Below, piece after piece: positions 17,515 through 28,630 of a DNA stretch of 64,000 nucleotides (position 1 is its first letter; each line of letters starts with the position of its first letter). Below the pieces are notes generated by a model that was not told the origin of the DNA, ran no database searches, and was given only the letters and a program-made list of their open reading frames with translations. Origin of the DNA: an uncultured Gammaproteobacteria bacterium (GTDB taxonomy: Bacteria; Patescibacteriota; Patescibacteriia; Magasanikbacterales; GWA2-37-8); NCBI GenBank assembly GCA_964514995.1, contig CAZETA010000002.1, positions 10,530-74,529 on the forward strand, given 5' to 3'. The translations under genes and the position numbers were made by a program.

Positions 17515-19815
17515 CTACGCAAAGTTTTGGTTGTCTGTTTTTTCCGGCTCATCAAAAACCGGTGCGCCGCCTGAGTTCATGGTCTGTTCATTTGCCGGCA
17601 TTTCTTCTTCGGCGTCAGGTCGCATATGTTCGGTAAACACTTCTCTTGGTTTGGCGCCGTCTGCTGGACCTACTATACCAGCTTCCTCCATTTCGTCCAA
17701 GAGACGAGCGGCTCGGGCGTAGCCGATCTTCATTCGTCGTTGTAAGAGCGAAGCGCTCGCTTTACCTGATTCCATAACAACGTGCTTGGCCTCGTCAAAG
17801 AGCGGATCATGGTCACTGCTGGAGCCGTCAAACATATTGATAGTTCCGCCGCTCAAAGCGCTATTTTTTGAAACGATTGAATCGTCGTAGACGGGCGGTT
17901 CGTCGCCTTTCAGGTGGTCTATAACTCGTTTCATCTCCTCTTCTGAGACAAAGGCACCCTGGACGCGTTTTGGCTTAGATAGTTCGGCGGTCAAAAACAA
18001 CATATCACCGCGGCCAAGGAGTTTTTCCGCGCCGGGACAATCTAGGATCGTGCGAGAATCGATAATAGAGGCAACGGAAAAGGCGATACGGGCTGGGATA
18101 TTTGCTTTCATGAGCCCGGTAATAACTTCCACGCTTGGTCGTTGTGTGGCGACGATGAGGTGAATACCGACAGCACGAGCCATTTGAGCTATACGGATAA
18201 TGCCGGCCTCCACTTCGCTTGCGGCCATGGCCATCAGATCAGCAAGTTCGTCAATGACAAAGACGATGTATGGTAGCGGCTCGGCGGCAGATTTGTTATA
18301 TGAGCCGATATCACGCTTGCCTGCTTCCGCAAGTACTGTAAAGCGTCTATCCATTTCGCCAATAGCCCATTTGAGCGCATTAACAGTTTTTGCAGGATCG
18401 GTGATAACTGGTGTGAGCAGGTGTGGAATGCCGTTATACGGAGTCAGCTCTACCCGTTTTGGATCAACCATGATCATACGCAACGTCTCGGCGGTATTTT
18501 GATAGAGTAGACTCAAGATCACAGTATTAATACACACTGTTTTTCCTGAACCGGTCGAACCGGCAATCAGTAGATGCGGCATTTTCAAAATATCGCCAAA
18601 CCAGACTTTGCCAGCCACGTCTTTACCGAGCGCAATCATCATGTTGTGTTTGTCAGGATTTTTGAATTCAGGACTCTCTAATAGCTCGCGCAGGGTTACC
18701 ATAGCCACTTTCTGATTTGGGACTTCGATACCCACGAGCGCCTGGCCGGGAATCGGAGCCTCGATACGAATTGGGTGTGCAGCCAATGCTAGCGCCAAGT
18801 CGTTGCCCAAAGCGGTAATGCGAGTTAGTTTGACGCCTTTGGCTGGTTTTAAGGAATACTGTGTTACGGTGGGTCCAACCCGAACCTCGCCCATCTCTAC
18901 TTCGATACCAAAGTTTTGGAATGTGTCTCTGATTACTTCGGCATTGCTTTTGATATCGCCGGAAGTTGGTTTGCTTTTAGAGGTAAATAGCAGATCTACT
19001 GGCGGCAAGTCGCGGATGATTGGCTTGGGCGGTTCGGTCATGGCCGGCGCGGTGGCGACAGTGGTGTTTGTGACATCGGCTTCCTCTTCGGTATTTTCTT
19101 CAACCTCTTTGTTCGCGAGATGACGCTGCTGGAACACTCGTTCTTCTTCGCCGTCCTCCTCCTCCTCATCCTCGTCTTCTTCCTCGCCAGTTTGGTAATC
19201 ACCCTTAATATTAAAGGCGACTGTCGAGGCTTCCTTTTTAAATGATCCAAAAAAAGCAATAATTCTTTGACCAAACCAGCCTAATACGCCAAAAAATTTT
19301 TTATGCAGCTCTACGATCTGTGCAAGTGAGGTATTAAATAAAAAGATAATGCCAATGAGTAGGAATGCGATCAAGACCATGGTCGCGCCCCAGGCACCAA
19401 CATATATTTTGAGCGGCCAGGAGAGTAGGAGTCCGACAAGACCGCCGCCAAACCCTTGTTGGGCATCAAGAAGCATCTGTTCTATCGGTCTTTGGAGATG
19501 GATTAGGCCGTTGAAACCAAGAATAAACAAAATTGATCCGATCCAATGAGTCGGACGATATTCATACTCAAGGTCCTTGACCATGAGAATTGCCACAAGA
19601 ATGATGATAATGGGAAATATATAGCGCACTTGGCCAAAGGTGATGGCAAGCAGCGAATCGATAAATTGACCGGCCACTCCGGCCATAGAAAAGAAACTAA
19701 GCGCTGATAATCCGCCGACGATAAATAAAAAAATAGCTAGCAGTCCGCGTCCGATATCAGGATTGAGATTGATGCGTTCGCCTAAGCTTGGTTTGCGAGT
19801 TTTGTGTCTTCCCAT
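17515..19815 (-). CDS. ftsK: DNA translocase FtsK/SpoIIIE
   Basis: 4TM domain, PHLLIAGSTGSGKT, IDELADL, ATQRPS and gamma domain IGYARAARL; start set at 19815. Confidence 0.97.
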   Translation of the reverse strand: MGRHKTRKPSLGERINLNPDIGRGLLAIFLFIVGGLSALSFFSMAGVAGQFIDSLLAITFGQVRYIFPIIIILVAILMVKDLEYEYRPTHWIGSILFILGFNGLIHLQRPIEQMLLDAQQGFGGGLVGLLLSWPLKIYVGAWGATMVLIAFLLIGIIFLFNTSLAQIVELHKKFFGVLGWFGQRIIAFFGSFKKEASTVAFNIKGDYQTGEEEDEDEEEEDGEEERVFQQRHLANKEVEENTEEEADVTNTTVATAPAMTEPPKPIIRDLPPVDLLFTSKSKPTSGDIKSNAEVIRDTFQNFGIEVEMGEVRVGPTVTQYSLKPAKGVKLTRITALGNDLALALAAHPIRIEAPIPGQALVGIEVPNQKVAMVTLRELLESPEFKNPDKHNMMIALGKDVAGKVWFGDILKMPHLLIAGSTGSGKTVCINTVILSLLYQNTAETLRMIMVDPKRVELTPYNGIPHLLTPVITDPAKTVNALKWAIGEMDRRFTVLAEAGKRDIGSYNKSAAEPLPYIVFVIDELADLMAMAASEVEAGIIRIAQMARAVGIHLIVATQRPSVEVITGLMKANIPARIAFSVASIIDSRTILDCPGAEKLLGRGDMLFLTAELSKPKRVQGAFVSEEEMKRVIDHLKGDEPPVYDDSIVSKNSALSGGTINMFDGSSSDHDPLFDEAKHVVMESGKASASLLQRRMKIGYARAARLLDEMEEAGIVGPADGAKPREVFTEHMRPDAEEEMPANEQTMNSGGAPVFDEPEKTDNQNFA

Positions 19816-19913
19816 ATGATTTAACGAAATCATGTCGAGTAACGTCATTTGAAACTCGGCGCCGGTGCCTATTGTAGCACAAATGACTATTCAGAGAAAG
19901 AATTTATAACTAA

Positions 19914-19940
19914 AACCCCGCATCAGAAAGACGCGGGGTT
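19914..19940. terminator. Intrinsic terminator after the rod-like RNA
   Basis: AACCCCGC...GCGGGGTT with T-tracts on both strands. Confidence 0.75.
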
Positions 19941-19944
19941 GTTT

Positions 19945-20105
19945 TTTCTGCAAAAAGCTGCGACAAGAATTGCATGTTTTAACTAACGGATCAAATTTAG
20001 AAAACTTTCTTTGAACAAAGAAATGTTCAAGAGAAAAGAGAGAGATTTGTTTAATAAATCCGATCTGGTTGAGACATCAACTCTTGCGCAACTTGCTGAA
20101 GAAAA
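19945..20105 (-). ncRNA. Candidate 6S-like rod-shaped RNA
   Basis: Three nested helices with internal loops; substitutions in the two outer helices are G-U pairs on the minus strand; TTGACA-N16-TAAAAT upstream and a terminator downstream. Confidence 0.6.
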
Positions 20106-20416
20106 TTTTTTTAAAAAAAATTATGAATCTATTTTATAGTGAAAAAATATTTTGTCAAGGATGAATAATTATTTTTTGTAAAATTATCTTTCCTAAATTT
20201 TTGTCTGTATTTTATATGGATGAAGATTTTTATATACAGTTGACGACGTAATAAAAATTTGCTAAATTTTTTAGTTAGATTGCCGAGTTAGGTTGGTGCT
20301 ACTGCTGTAGACATTTATTTAAGTGTATAGAGCGGTAACACCGACCATGGGGATGGTCGGTGAGTATGGCGGCCTCCAAAATCCAGGAGGCTCTTCTCGT
20401 CGGGGGTATCTAGCCA

Positions 20417-20620
20417 ATGCCGAACCAGACTGCGAAGAGAGGCGGTCGTCAAGATCGCAAGCAAGCGCGCCACAGGGCGCGTGAACAAGGCCAGGAGGCC
20501 CGACGGGCCCGACGGGCCCGACAGCGGGCACAGCGGGCCGCTGGCGGCCACTCGGCCACCAACAAGGAGGTGGCCACCCTGCCGCCGTCCGAGCCGAACT
20601 ACGGCCCGGACGATCGCTAG
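20417..20620 (+). CDS. GC-rich Arg-rich orphan peptide (67 aa)
   Basis: GGGGGT before the ATG; TTGACG-N17-TAAATT at 20240-20268; hairpin 20659-20715 and terminator 20728-20757 downstream. Confidence 0.55.
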   Translation: MPNQTAKRGGRQDRKQARHRAREQGQEARRARRARQRAQRAAGGHSATNKEVATLPPSEPNYGPDDR

Positions 20621-20888
20621 CACCGGCTTCGCGCCAGTGCCGCGGAAAGGAGCTGCCCGAGGGCTCCAGTCGTGACTATGGGTAGAAAAATTCTATTTAT
20701 AGCCACGGAGCTCTCAGAATATTGTATAAAAACATGCCACGAAAGTGGCTGTTTTTTATTCTTAGAGAACTATACTTCGGATATTCTGTGGATAAAAATG
20801 TATAAAATAATGAAACTGAGCATGTTTTTTATCTAAAATTAGGCAAATAAACATATTTTCTTGACAAAAGTTATCCAATTTTAATTGC

Positions 20889-20917
20889 TTGACATTACTA
20901 TATAATTAGCGTAGTAT
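20889..20917 (+). promoter_or_regulatory. rpoBC promoter followed by a ~255-nt leader
   Basis: TTGACA-N17-TAGTAT. Confidence 0.65.
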
Positions 20918-21179
20918 GTAGATACTTGAATACTTCTAGAAAGAGAGAGACCAAGTTTTTAGCTTAAACTAGCGCAAAAGTAGTCCTGCCTTTGGTAAAA
21001 GACGGGGCGAAGCCTTGCAAGGAATAAAAATTTTTACATGCCGGCCTTGCTTTTATTAGCTAACCTTTAAGAAAAAAGTGACCAAACGCCCTCAAGGCGC
21101 CGTTTTTTGTTTCTGGACGTTGCCGAAAAATTCCTTTCCATTTTAATTTGTTAATTGCTAACTGTTAATAAATCAACAT

Positions 21180-24100
21180 ATGCCAATCTTCAAGCGTCAG
21201 GCCCTCAAGACAAAAGAACGACAATTTTTTACGAGCATTCGTGATGCTATGCCCGTACCGGATTTGATCGATGTGCAGAAAAGTTCGTATGATTGGTTTT
21301 TAAAATTCGGCATTAAGGATCTTTTTGAAGAAGTTTCTCCGATGACTGACTTTACCGGCCGTGATTTGGAGTTATATTTGGAAAATTATTATTTGGATGA
21401 ACCGAAATTTGATGAGGTGGTTTGTCGCGAACGAAATTTGACTTTTGAAGCGCCATTACGTGTAACAGCTCGGCTCGTCAACAAACGTACCGGACAAACC
21501 AAATCTCAGGAAATTTATTTGGGAGATATTCCGCTCATGACCCAACGCGGTACTTTTATTGTTAATGGTATTGAGCGAGTAGTGGTTTCTCAGCTTATCC
21601 GTTCTGCGGGTGCGTTCTTTACAGCTGAGAATATTCGCGGACGTCGGTATTATGGCGCAAAGATTATCCCAAATCGCGGCGCTTGGATAGAAATTGAAAC
21701 TGACATGAATAATGTGGTGTGGATCAAGGTTGATCGTAAGCGTAAAATGGCTGCGACATCGCTTCTGCGTGCGTTTGGATATGAAGATGATGCAAAAATT
21801 ATTGACTCGTTTAAGAGTGTGAATAATCATCCAACTGTTGATTATATTGACGCTACGATAAAAAAAGATGTTGCTAAGAATCAGGAGGAAGGGCTTATTG
21901 AAGTCTACAAGAGAATTCGTCCCGGAGATTTGGCGACCGCAGATAATGCCAAGAGCTTGATCTTTGCCATGTTTTTCAATTTTGATCGGTATGATTTAGG
22001 CAGGGTCGGTGTCTATAAATTTAACACCAAGTTTGATCTGGGGTACAAAGACAATGATTATGATAAAAAAGAAAATAGAGTTTTGTCTCCGGAAAAATTA
22101 TTGGCTGTGCTTAAAGAGGTTATCCGTCTCAATGTGACTCAAGAAGAGCCTGATGATATTGATCATCTTGGCAATCGTCGTATTCGTGCGGTAGGTGAAC
22201 TGGCACAAAATAGATTCCGTGTCGGACTTGCTCGTATGGAGCGTATTGTCAAAGATCGCATGAGTACTCAGGATATGGAAGCACTTTCTCCAAACAAACT
22301 TGTTAATGCCCGGCCGGTTATTTCAGCTATCCGTGAATTTTTCATGAGTTCGCAGCTTTCACAGTTCATGGATCAGACCAATCCGTTGTCTGAACTTGAG
22401 CATAAGCGTCGTGTCAGTGCTTTGGGTCCGGGCGGTTTGTCTCGTGATCGAGCCGGCTTTGAAGTTCGTGATGTGCACACTACTCATTATGGTCGTATTT
22501 GTCCGATTGCTACTCCGGAAGGTCCGAACATCGGTTTGGTAAACCATTTGTCTAGCTTTGCTCGAGTAAATGAGTTTGGATTTATTGAAACTCCATATCG
22601 CAAGGTGCTTAAGTCAGTGACTAATGATCCAAAATTCACGGAAGGCGAAATTTTGCTAGACGAAGTTGAAGGTATTAAAGCAGGCACAAAAATTACCAAA
22701 GATTTGGCGACGAAGCTTGCTAAGGTAAAGATGAAAGAAATTCCGGTGCGTCCACGCGTGACCAATGAAATTGTTTTCTTAAATGCTTTTAAAGAAGAAA
22801 AAGCCAAAACAGCCTCTGCCACTACCCAGATAGATGCGGATGGGTATTTTGTTCAAGAAACTGTGCCGGCCCGTATTCATGGTATTCCGGGTGTAGGCAG
22901 GACTAGTGAACTTGAATATGTTGACGTGGCTTCAAATCAAATTATTAGTATCGCTACTTCCTGTATTCCATTTTTGGAACATGACGACGCCACTCGCGCG
23001 CTCATGGGTACAAACATGCAACGTCAGGCAGTACCGTGCATCAAGCCACAGCCGCCGCTTGTAGGTACAGGTACGGAAGAAAGTGCCGCCTATTATTCGG
23101 GCTATATTATTTTGTCTGAAGTTGATGGGGAAGTGGCTGAGGTTGATGGGAACCATATTGTCATAGTTGATAAAAAAGATGTAAGACATACCTACTATTT
23201 GAATAAATTTGTCCGATCTAACCATTCAACTTGCGTAAATCAAACGCCGATAGTGAAGTTGGGAGAGAAGGTGAAGAAAGGTCAGGGACTCACCGATGGT
23301 CCGGGCATCAAAGACGGCGAACTCTCGCTTGGTCAGAATATGCTCGTGGCCTATATGGTCTGGGACGGGTATAACTATGAAGACGCGATTATCGTCTCCG
23401 AACGTGTTGTGCAGGGTGATAATTTTACCTCTATTCATATCGAGGATTATGTCATTGATGTCCGCGAAACAAAATTAGGTCCGGAAATCATTACTGCCGA
23501 TATCCCGAACGTCAGCGAGGAAAAATTAAAAAATTTGGATAGCGAAGGCATTGTGCGTATTGGAGCGGAAGTAAAATCCGGCGACATTTTGGTTGGTAAG
23601 ATTACACCAAAAGGCGAAACAGAACTTTCTGCCGAAGAGAGATTGCTTCGCGCTATCTTTGGTGAAAAAGCTCGTGATGTCCGTGATTCTTCTTTGTATC
23701 TTGAACACGGTGAACATGGCCGTGTAATTGGTATTAAAATATTTTCTACAGAAAATGGCGACAAATTGCAGCCGGGAGTTATCAAGCAAGTTCAAGTGCG
23801 TGTAGCTGATCAAAGAAAGATTCAGGTTGGAGACAAGATGGCCGGTCGTCATGGCAATAAAGGTGTTATCTCGCGCGTCGTGCCTGCAGAAGATATGCCA
23901 TTTTTGGCTGACGGCACTCCTGTTGATATTATCTTGTCCCCGCTTGGTGTTATTTCTCGTATGAACCTCGGACAGCTTTTAGAAACTCATTTGGGCTTAG
24001 CCGCTAACGCACTTGGTTATAAGGTTGCTACTCCGGTATTAAATGGTATTACCGAAGCACAGATCAAAGAAGAATTAGCCAAAGCCGGCCTGCCGACAAG

Positions 24101-24626
24101 CGGTCAGGTAACTCTGTATGATGGCCGTACCGGTGAACCATATGACCATAAAGTAACTGTTGGCTATAATTATATGCTTAAACTAAACCACATGGTTGAG
24201 GATAAGATCCATCAACGCTCAATTGGTCCGTATAGTTTGATTACCCAGCAGCCATTGGGCGGTAAGGCGCAGTTCGGTGGCCAGCGTTTCGGGGAAATGG
24301 AAGTTTGGGCGCTTGAAGCATATGGCGCGGCACATACCTTGCAGGAGATTTTGACCATTAAATCCGATGATGTCCCAGGACGTTCGAAAGCGTATGAAGC
24401 TATAATTAAGGGTGAGCCGATCAGCAAAGTTAACTTACCTGAATCATTTAATGTTTTGGTAAGAGAATTAAAAGGTTTGGCGTTGGACGTGGAATTATTG
24501 CAAAAAAACGAATCAGGCGATTTTAATCCGATGCCAGACAGCAAGGCACAAAAGGAAATCAACGATAACAGGTCGACCAGTGAAGAAGAAAGTCAGGCCA
24601 GTGGCCGAAGACAAGCCGATAAATAA
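21180..24626 (+). CDS. rpoB: RNA polymerase beta subunit
   Basis: [22 protein letters not shown] and [17 protein letters not shown] motifs. Confidence 0.99.
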   Translation: MPIFKRQALKTKERQFFTSIRDAMPVPDLIDVQKSSYDWFLKFGIKDLFEEVSPMTDFTGRDLELYLENYYLDEPKFDEVVCRERNLTFEAPLRVTARLVNKRTGQTKSQEIYLGDIPLMTQRGTFIVNGIERVVVSQLIRSAGAFFTAENIRGRRYYGAKIIPNRGAWIEIETDMNNVVWIKVDRKRKMAATSLLRAFGYEDDAKIIDSFKSVNNHPTVDYIDATIKKDVAKNQEEGLIEVYKRIRPGDLATADNAKSLIFAMFFNFDRYDLGRVGVYKFNTKFDLGYKDNDYDKKENRVLSPEKLLAVLKEVIRLNVTQEEPDDIDHLGNRRIRAVGELAQNRFRVGLARMERIVKDRMSTQDMEALSPNKLVNARPVISAIREFFMSSQLSQFMDQTNPLSELEHKRRVSALGPGGLSRDRAGFEVRDVHTTHYGRICPIATPEGPNIGLVNHLSSFARVNEFGFIETPYRKVLKSVTNDPKFTEGEILLDEVEGIKAGTKITKDLATKLAKVKMKEIPVRPRVTNEIVFLNAFKEEKAKTASATTQIDADGYFVQETVPARIHGIPGVGRTSELEYVDVASNQIISIATSCIPFLEHDDATRALMGTNMQRQAVPCIKPQPPLVGTGTEESAAYYSGYIILSEVDGEVAEVDGNHIVIVDKKDVRHTYYLNKFVRSNHSTCVNQTPIVKLGEKVKKGQGLTDGPGIKDGELSLGQNMLVAYMVWDGYNYEDAIIVSERVVQGDNFTSIHIEDYVIDVRETKLGPEIITADIPNVSEEKLKNLDSEGIVRIGAEVKSGDILVGKITPKGETELSAEERLLRAIFGEKARDVRDSSLYLEHGEHGRVIGIKIFSTENGDKLQPGVIKQVQVRVADQRKIQVGDKMAGRHGNKGVISRVVPAEDMPFLADGTPVDIILSPLGVISRMNLGQLLETHLGLAANALGYKVATPVLNGITEAQIKEELAKAGLPTSGQVTLYDGRTGEPYDHKVTVGYNYMLKLNHMVEDKIHQRSIGPYSLITQQPLGGKAQFGGQRFGEMEVWALEAYGAAHTLQEILTIKSDDVPGRSKAYEAIIKGEPISKVNLPESFNVLVRELKGLALDVELLQKNESGDFNPMPDSKAQKEINDNRSTSEEESQASGRRQADK

Positions 24627-24652
24627 TCTTTAACTTGATTAATTATAACCAT

Positions 24653-27600
24653 ATGTCTGACAATTTTTCTCCTACAGACTTTAGCGCCATACGTCTTAAG
24701 CTTGCATCTCCGGAAGTGATTAAAGGCTGGTCTTATGGCGAGGTGAACAAACCAGAAACTATTAATTACCGTACTCAAAAACCGGAAAAAGGCGGTCTTT
24801 TTGCCGAAGAGATTTTTGGCCCGGTTAAAGATTGGGAATGTTATTGTGGTAAATATAAAAAAATTCGTTATAAGGGAATTGTGTGTGATAAGTGTGGCGT
24901 AGAAGTGACCCACTCTTCGGTTCGTCGTGAGCGTATGGGGCATATTGAGCTTTCCGCTCCGGTAGCCCATATTTGGTTTTTACGCTCAGTGCCTTCTAAG
25001 GTTGGCTTGGTGCTGGACCTTTCCGCTCAGGCGCTTGAGAAAGTCGTCTATTTTGCCGCCTTCATCATCACTCATGTAAACGAAGAAGAAAAAAAGAAGA
25101 CTGCTGATCTCTTGCGCCAGGAATATAAATCAAAGAAAAAGCAAATTGAAAAAGAGTCTCAGGATGCGATTAAAGGCGCTAACGATAAAAAATTGGGCGC
25201 GCAAGCGCTTGAAAAAGTGCAGGAAGAAACTGAGAGAAAATACAAAGCGCTGGACGAAGATTTTCAACAGGCAGACAAAGAGCTGAAAGAATTGCAAGTT
25301 ATGAAAATTGTTTCCGAGAACAAGTACCAGGAACTGTCTTTGCGCTATGGCCATTTGTTTGAGGCTTCTATCGGCGCTGACGCGGTGCGTAATTTGTTGT
25401 CTCGTATCAATTTGGAAGAAACCGTTAAAAAGTTAAATGAAGAGGAGCAAAAGATCAAAGGCTCGAAGTTAGAGCGAGTTATTCGCCGCAAAAAAGTCCT
25501 CAAGAGTTTCTACTTGAACAAGATTCGTCCTGAGTGGATGATCCTTCAGGTAATTCCAGTTATCCCGCCGGACCTGCGTCCGATGGTCGCTCTTGATGGC
25601 GGACGTTTTGCTACTTCTGACCTTAACGATCTCTACAGACGTGTAATCAATCGCAATAATCGTTTGCGACGTTTGTTGGAACTTGATGCGCCGGAAGTCA
25701 TCTGTCGCAACGAAAAACGCATGTTGCAGGAAGCTGTTGACGCGCTCGTGGATAATAACGCCAGGCAAGCCAAGACGGTGACTGCTTCTACCGGTCAAAA
25801 GAGGCAGCTGCGATCACTTGCTGATATTCTCAAAGGCAAGCAAGGACGTTTCCGTCAAAACTTACTTGGTAAACGTGTTGACTATTCAGGCCGTTCCGTA
25901 ATCGTCGTTGGTCCGAATCTTAATATTGATGAATGCGGTTTGCCAAAGCGAATGGCGCTTGAGCTTTTCAAGCCGTTTATTATGAGTGAAATTATTAAGC
26001 GTGAATTGGCTCATAACGTCCGAAGCGCTTCCAAGTATATCGAAGCAGAACACGATGAGGTTTGGGATATTTTGGAAGATTTGACGAAGAAAACTCGCGT
26101 ACTCCTAAACCGCGCACCAACTCTGCACCGCCTCGGTATTCAGGCTTTCCACCCAAGGCTCATTGAAGGTAAGGCTATCCAGCTTCACCCACTTGTCTGT
26201 ACCGCGTTCAATGCCGACTTCGACGGTGACCAGATGGCTGTGCACTTGCCGCTCACTGTAGAAGCTCGGTGGGAAGCGGATAATTTGATGGCGGCAGAAA
26301 AAAATATTTTGAAACCCGCTACGGGCAGTCCGGTTATTACTCCTACCAAGGATATCGCCCTGGGCTGTTACTATTTAACGAGAGTCGCAACCAGCGATAC
26401 TGGCGAAAATCTGAAGTATTTCAGCTCTGAAAAAGAAGCTATTCTCGCATACCGTTCCCGGGTGATTAGTTTGCAAAAAAGAATTAAAGTCCGTTTTCAA
26501 GATATGAGCCGGTTCCCCGAAGGCGCGAATCCGATCATGGAAACATCAGTGGGTAGAATTTTGTTTAATAAAATTTTACCGGCAAAATTGCCATACTTCA
26601 ACGAAACAATTATTGGTAAAAAGCTTGGGTACATTATTCGTTTGTGTTTGGAGCTTTTGCCTGATCAACAAGAGGTCGCCGATTTCTTGGATGAACTAAA
26701 AAATCTCGGTTATCGCTATGCGACTAAGTCAGGTTACTCACTGGGCATGGACGACTTCCCTGAAATTGCGGAAAAGCCGGGCATCTTGTCTGAGTCAGAT
26801 AAACTAGTGGCTACGGTGGAAGAGCAGTATCAAGAAGGGTTGCTTACCCAATCGGAACGCCATGTGAAAATCTTGGAAATTTGGTCTAATACCAAAGAAC
26901 GGGTTGTGGCCAAAAACCAGCAGATTTTGGATAAAGATGGTCCGGTATTCGCGATGATTGATTCAGGTGCTCGTGGTAGTTGGGGCCAGCTTGGTCAGGT
27001 TATCGGTATGAAAGGTTTGGTGGCCTCAGCTTCTGGTGACACTATTGAGCTTCCTGTAAAAGGGAATTTCAAAGAAGGTTTCGAAGTGCTCGAATTTTTC
27101 AACTCTTCTCACGGTACCAGAAAAGGTTTGACTGATACGGCGTTACGTACCGCCAATGCTGGGTATTTGACCCGACGTCTAGTTGATGTATCTCAAGATG
27201 TGATTGTGTTTGAAGATGATTGTGGCGATACAAACGGCGAACTCTTCACTGTTCTGCAGTCAAAAGAAATGGGTGAGAAATTATCTGAACGTATTTGGGG
27301 TAGATACACCCTTGAAACAGTCAAATCCGGCAGTAAGATTTTAGTCAAAGAGGGCGAGGTTATTGACGATAAAACCGCTCGCGCGATTGATGAGTATAAG
27401 ATTGAAGCAGTAAGAGTTCGCAGTATTTTGCAATGTAAAATGCAAAAAGGTGTCTGCCGCAAATGTTATGGCTTCGATCTTTCTAAGAACAAACCAGTAG
27501 AATTTGGTGTGGCGGTTGGTATTATTGCCGCTCAATCTATCGGTGAACCTGGTACCCAGCTTACTATGAGAACTTTCCATACCGGTGGTGTGGCGGGAGG

Positions 27601-28528
27601 CGGCGATATTACACAAGGTTTGCCTCGTGTAGATGAGCTTTTTGAAGCTCGTACGCCAAAGAAGCAAGCCATGCTAGCTGAAGTGGCGGGTGAAATTGAG
27701 ATCGAAAAAGCTGACGGCAAAATCATTACTTCACCAAGCGGTAAGAAAATTTTTGAAGGACGCCGTGGTCAAGAAATTATTCGTATTCATTTCTCCGGCA
27801 TGGATGAGATGAAAATCAAGACCAAATCGGAAGATGAAATCATGGTCAAAGACGGGGATTTGGTACAAAAGGACCAAATCATATTAGTGCGCGGCGCTTC
27901 TGGAGAAGAGGTGGCAGCTAAGTATCCAAGTACTGTTAAGATTGAAAAGAATACTTTGACTTTATCCTATGAAGGTCCGCATGTGCGTGAGTATATCGTA
28001 CCGATTGGTTATAAATTGCTGGTGAAAACCGGAGATAAGGTAGAAAAGGGCGATCTCCTCACCGACGGCAGTATCAATCCGCACCAACTTTTTGAGCTCA
28101 AAGGCCGGGAAGCGGTACAGCGCTACATCCTACAGGAAGTGCAGAACATTTATTCTTCTCAAGGTCAGAAGGTGAATGACAAGCACGTTGAACTTATTAT
28201 TCGCCAGATGTTTAGCCGTGTTTATATAGAAGATGCGGGTGAGACCGATTTGTTGCCGGGAGAAGTGGTAGAAAAATCACAAGTTGATTTTTCTAATCGT
28301 CAAGTCAAAAAAGATGGCGGCAAGCTGGCCGTAGGCCGAGAATTGTTCCTTGGCATCTCTAAGGTCGCTCTCTCTACCCAGAGCTTCTTGTCAGCAGCTT
28401 CCTTCCAGGAAACAGCAAAAGTCCTTATCAATACTGCGATCACTGGTAAGATTGACTATCTCGATGGTCTCAAAGAAAATGTCATTATTGGTAGACTGAT
28501 TCCAGCGGGAACCGGGTTTAAACAGTAG
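24653..28528 (+). CDS. rpoC: RNA polymerase beta' subunit
   Basis: NADFDGDQMAVH, zinc sites, GEPGTQLTMRTFH; start set at ATG 24653. Confidence 0.99.
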   Translation: MSDNFSPTDFSAIRLKLASPEVIKGWSYGEVNKPETINYRTQKPEKGGLFAEEIFGPVKDWECYCGKYKKIRYKGIVCDKCGVEVTHSSVRRERMGHIELSAPVAHIWFLRSVPSKVGLVLDLSAQALEKVVYFAAFIITHVNEEEKKKTADLLRQEYKSKKKQIEKESQDAIKGANDKKLGAQALEKVQEETERKYKALDEDFQQADKELKELQVMKIVSENKYQELSLRYGHLFEASIGADAVRNLLSRINLEETVKKLNEEEQKIKGSKLERVIRRKKVLKSFYLNKIRPEWMILQVIPVIPPDLRPMVALDGGRFATSDLNDLYRRVINRNNRLRRLLELDAPEVICRNEKRMLQEAVDALVDNNARQAKTVTASTGQKRQLRSLADILKGKQGRFRQNLLGKRVDYSGRSVIVVGPNLNIDECGLPKRMALELFKPFIMSEIIKRELAHNVRSASKYIEAEHDEVWDILEDLTKKTRVLLNRAPTLHRLGIQAFHPRLIEGKAIQLHPLVCTAFNADFDGDQMAVHLPLTVEARWEADNLMAAEKNILKPATGSPVITPTKDIALGCYYLTRVATSDTGENLKYFSSEKEAILAYRSRVISLQKRIKVRFQDMSRFPEGANPIMETSVGRILFNKILPAKLPYFNETIIGKKLGYIIRLCLELLPDQQEVADFLDELKNLGYRYATKSGYSLGMDDFPEIAEKPGILSESDKLVATVEEQYQEGLLTQSERHVKILEIWSNTKERVVAKNQQILDKDGPVFAMIDSGARGSWGQLGQVIGMKGLVASASGDTIELPVKGNFKEGFEVLEFFNSSHGTRKGLTDTALRTANAGYLTRRLVDVSQDVIVFEDDCGDTNGELFTVLQSKEMGEKLSERIWGRYTLETVKSGSKILVKEGEVIDDKTARAIDEYKIEAVRVRSILQCKMQKGVCRKCYGFDLSKNKPVEFGVAVGIIAAQSIGEPGTQLTMRTFHTGGVAGGGDITQGLPRVDELFEARTPKKQAMLAEVAGEIEIEKADGKIITSPSGKKIFEGRRGQEIIRIHFSGMDEMKIKTKSEDEIMVKDGDLVQKDQIILVRGASGEEVAAKYPSTVKIEKNTLTLSYEGPHVREYIVPIGYKLLVKTGDKVEKGDLLTDGSINPHQLFELKGREAVQRYILQEVQNIYSSQGQKVNDKHVELIIRQMFSRVYIEDAGETDLLPGEVVEKSQVDFSNRQVKKDGGKLAVGRELFLGISKVALSTQSFLSAASFQETAKVLINTAITGKIDYLDGLKENVIIGRLIPAGTGFKQ

Positions 28529-28546
28529 TAAAAATTCATACTAAAC

Positions 28547-28572
28547 AAAAAAGGCTCCTCGGAGCCTTTTTT
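28547..28572 (+). terminator. rpoBC terminator
   Basis: AAAAAAGGCTC-CTCG-GAGCCTTTTTT. Confidence 0.85.
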
Positions 28573-28630
28573 GTTTCTATATTGACGTTCGGGGCTAGGT
28601 AACTTATTATTTAAAGGTAATTAAAATGTA

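Noticed and set aside
20787-20795. oriC in the ftsK-rpoB gap (DnaA box TGTGGATAA; another at 61760-61768)
   Set aside because: Isolated boxes, no dnaA/dnaN nearby, and the gap is explained by other transcription units; GC skew was not computed
21456-27726. Many antisense ORFs inside rpoB/rpoC (also in ileS, gatB and ftsK)
   Set aside because: Expected shadow ORFs opposite long conserved genes
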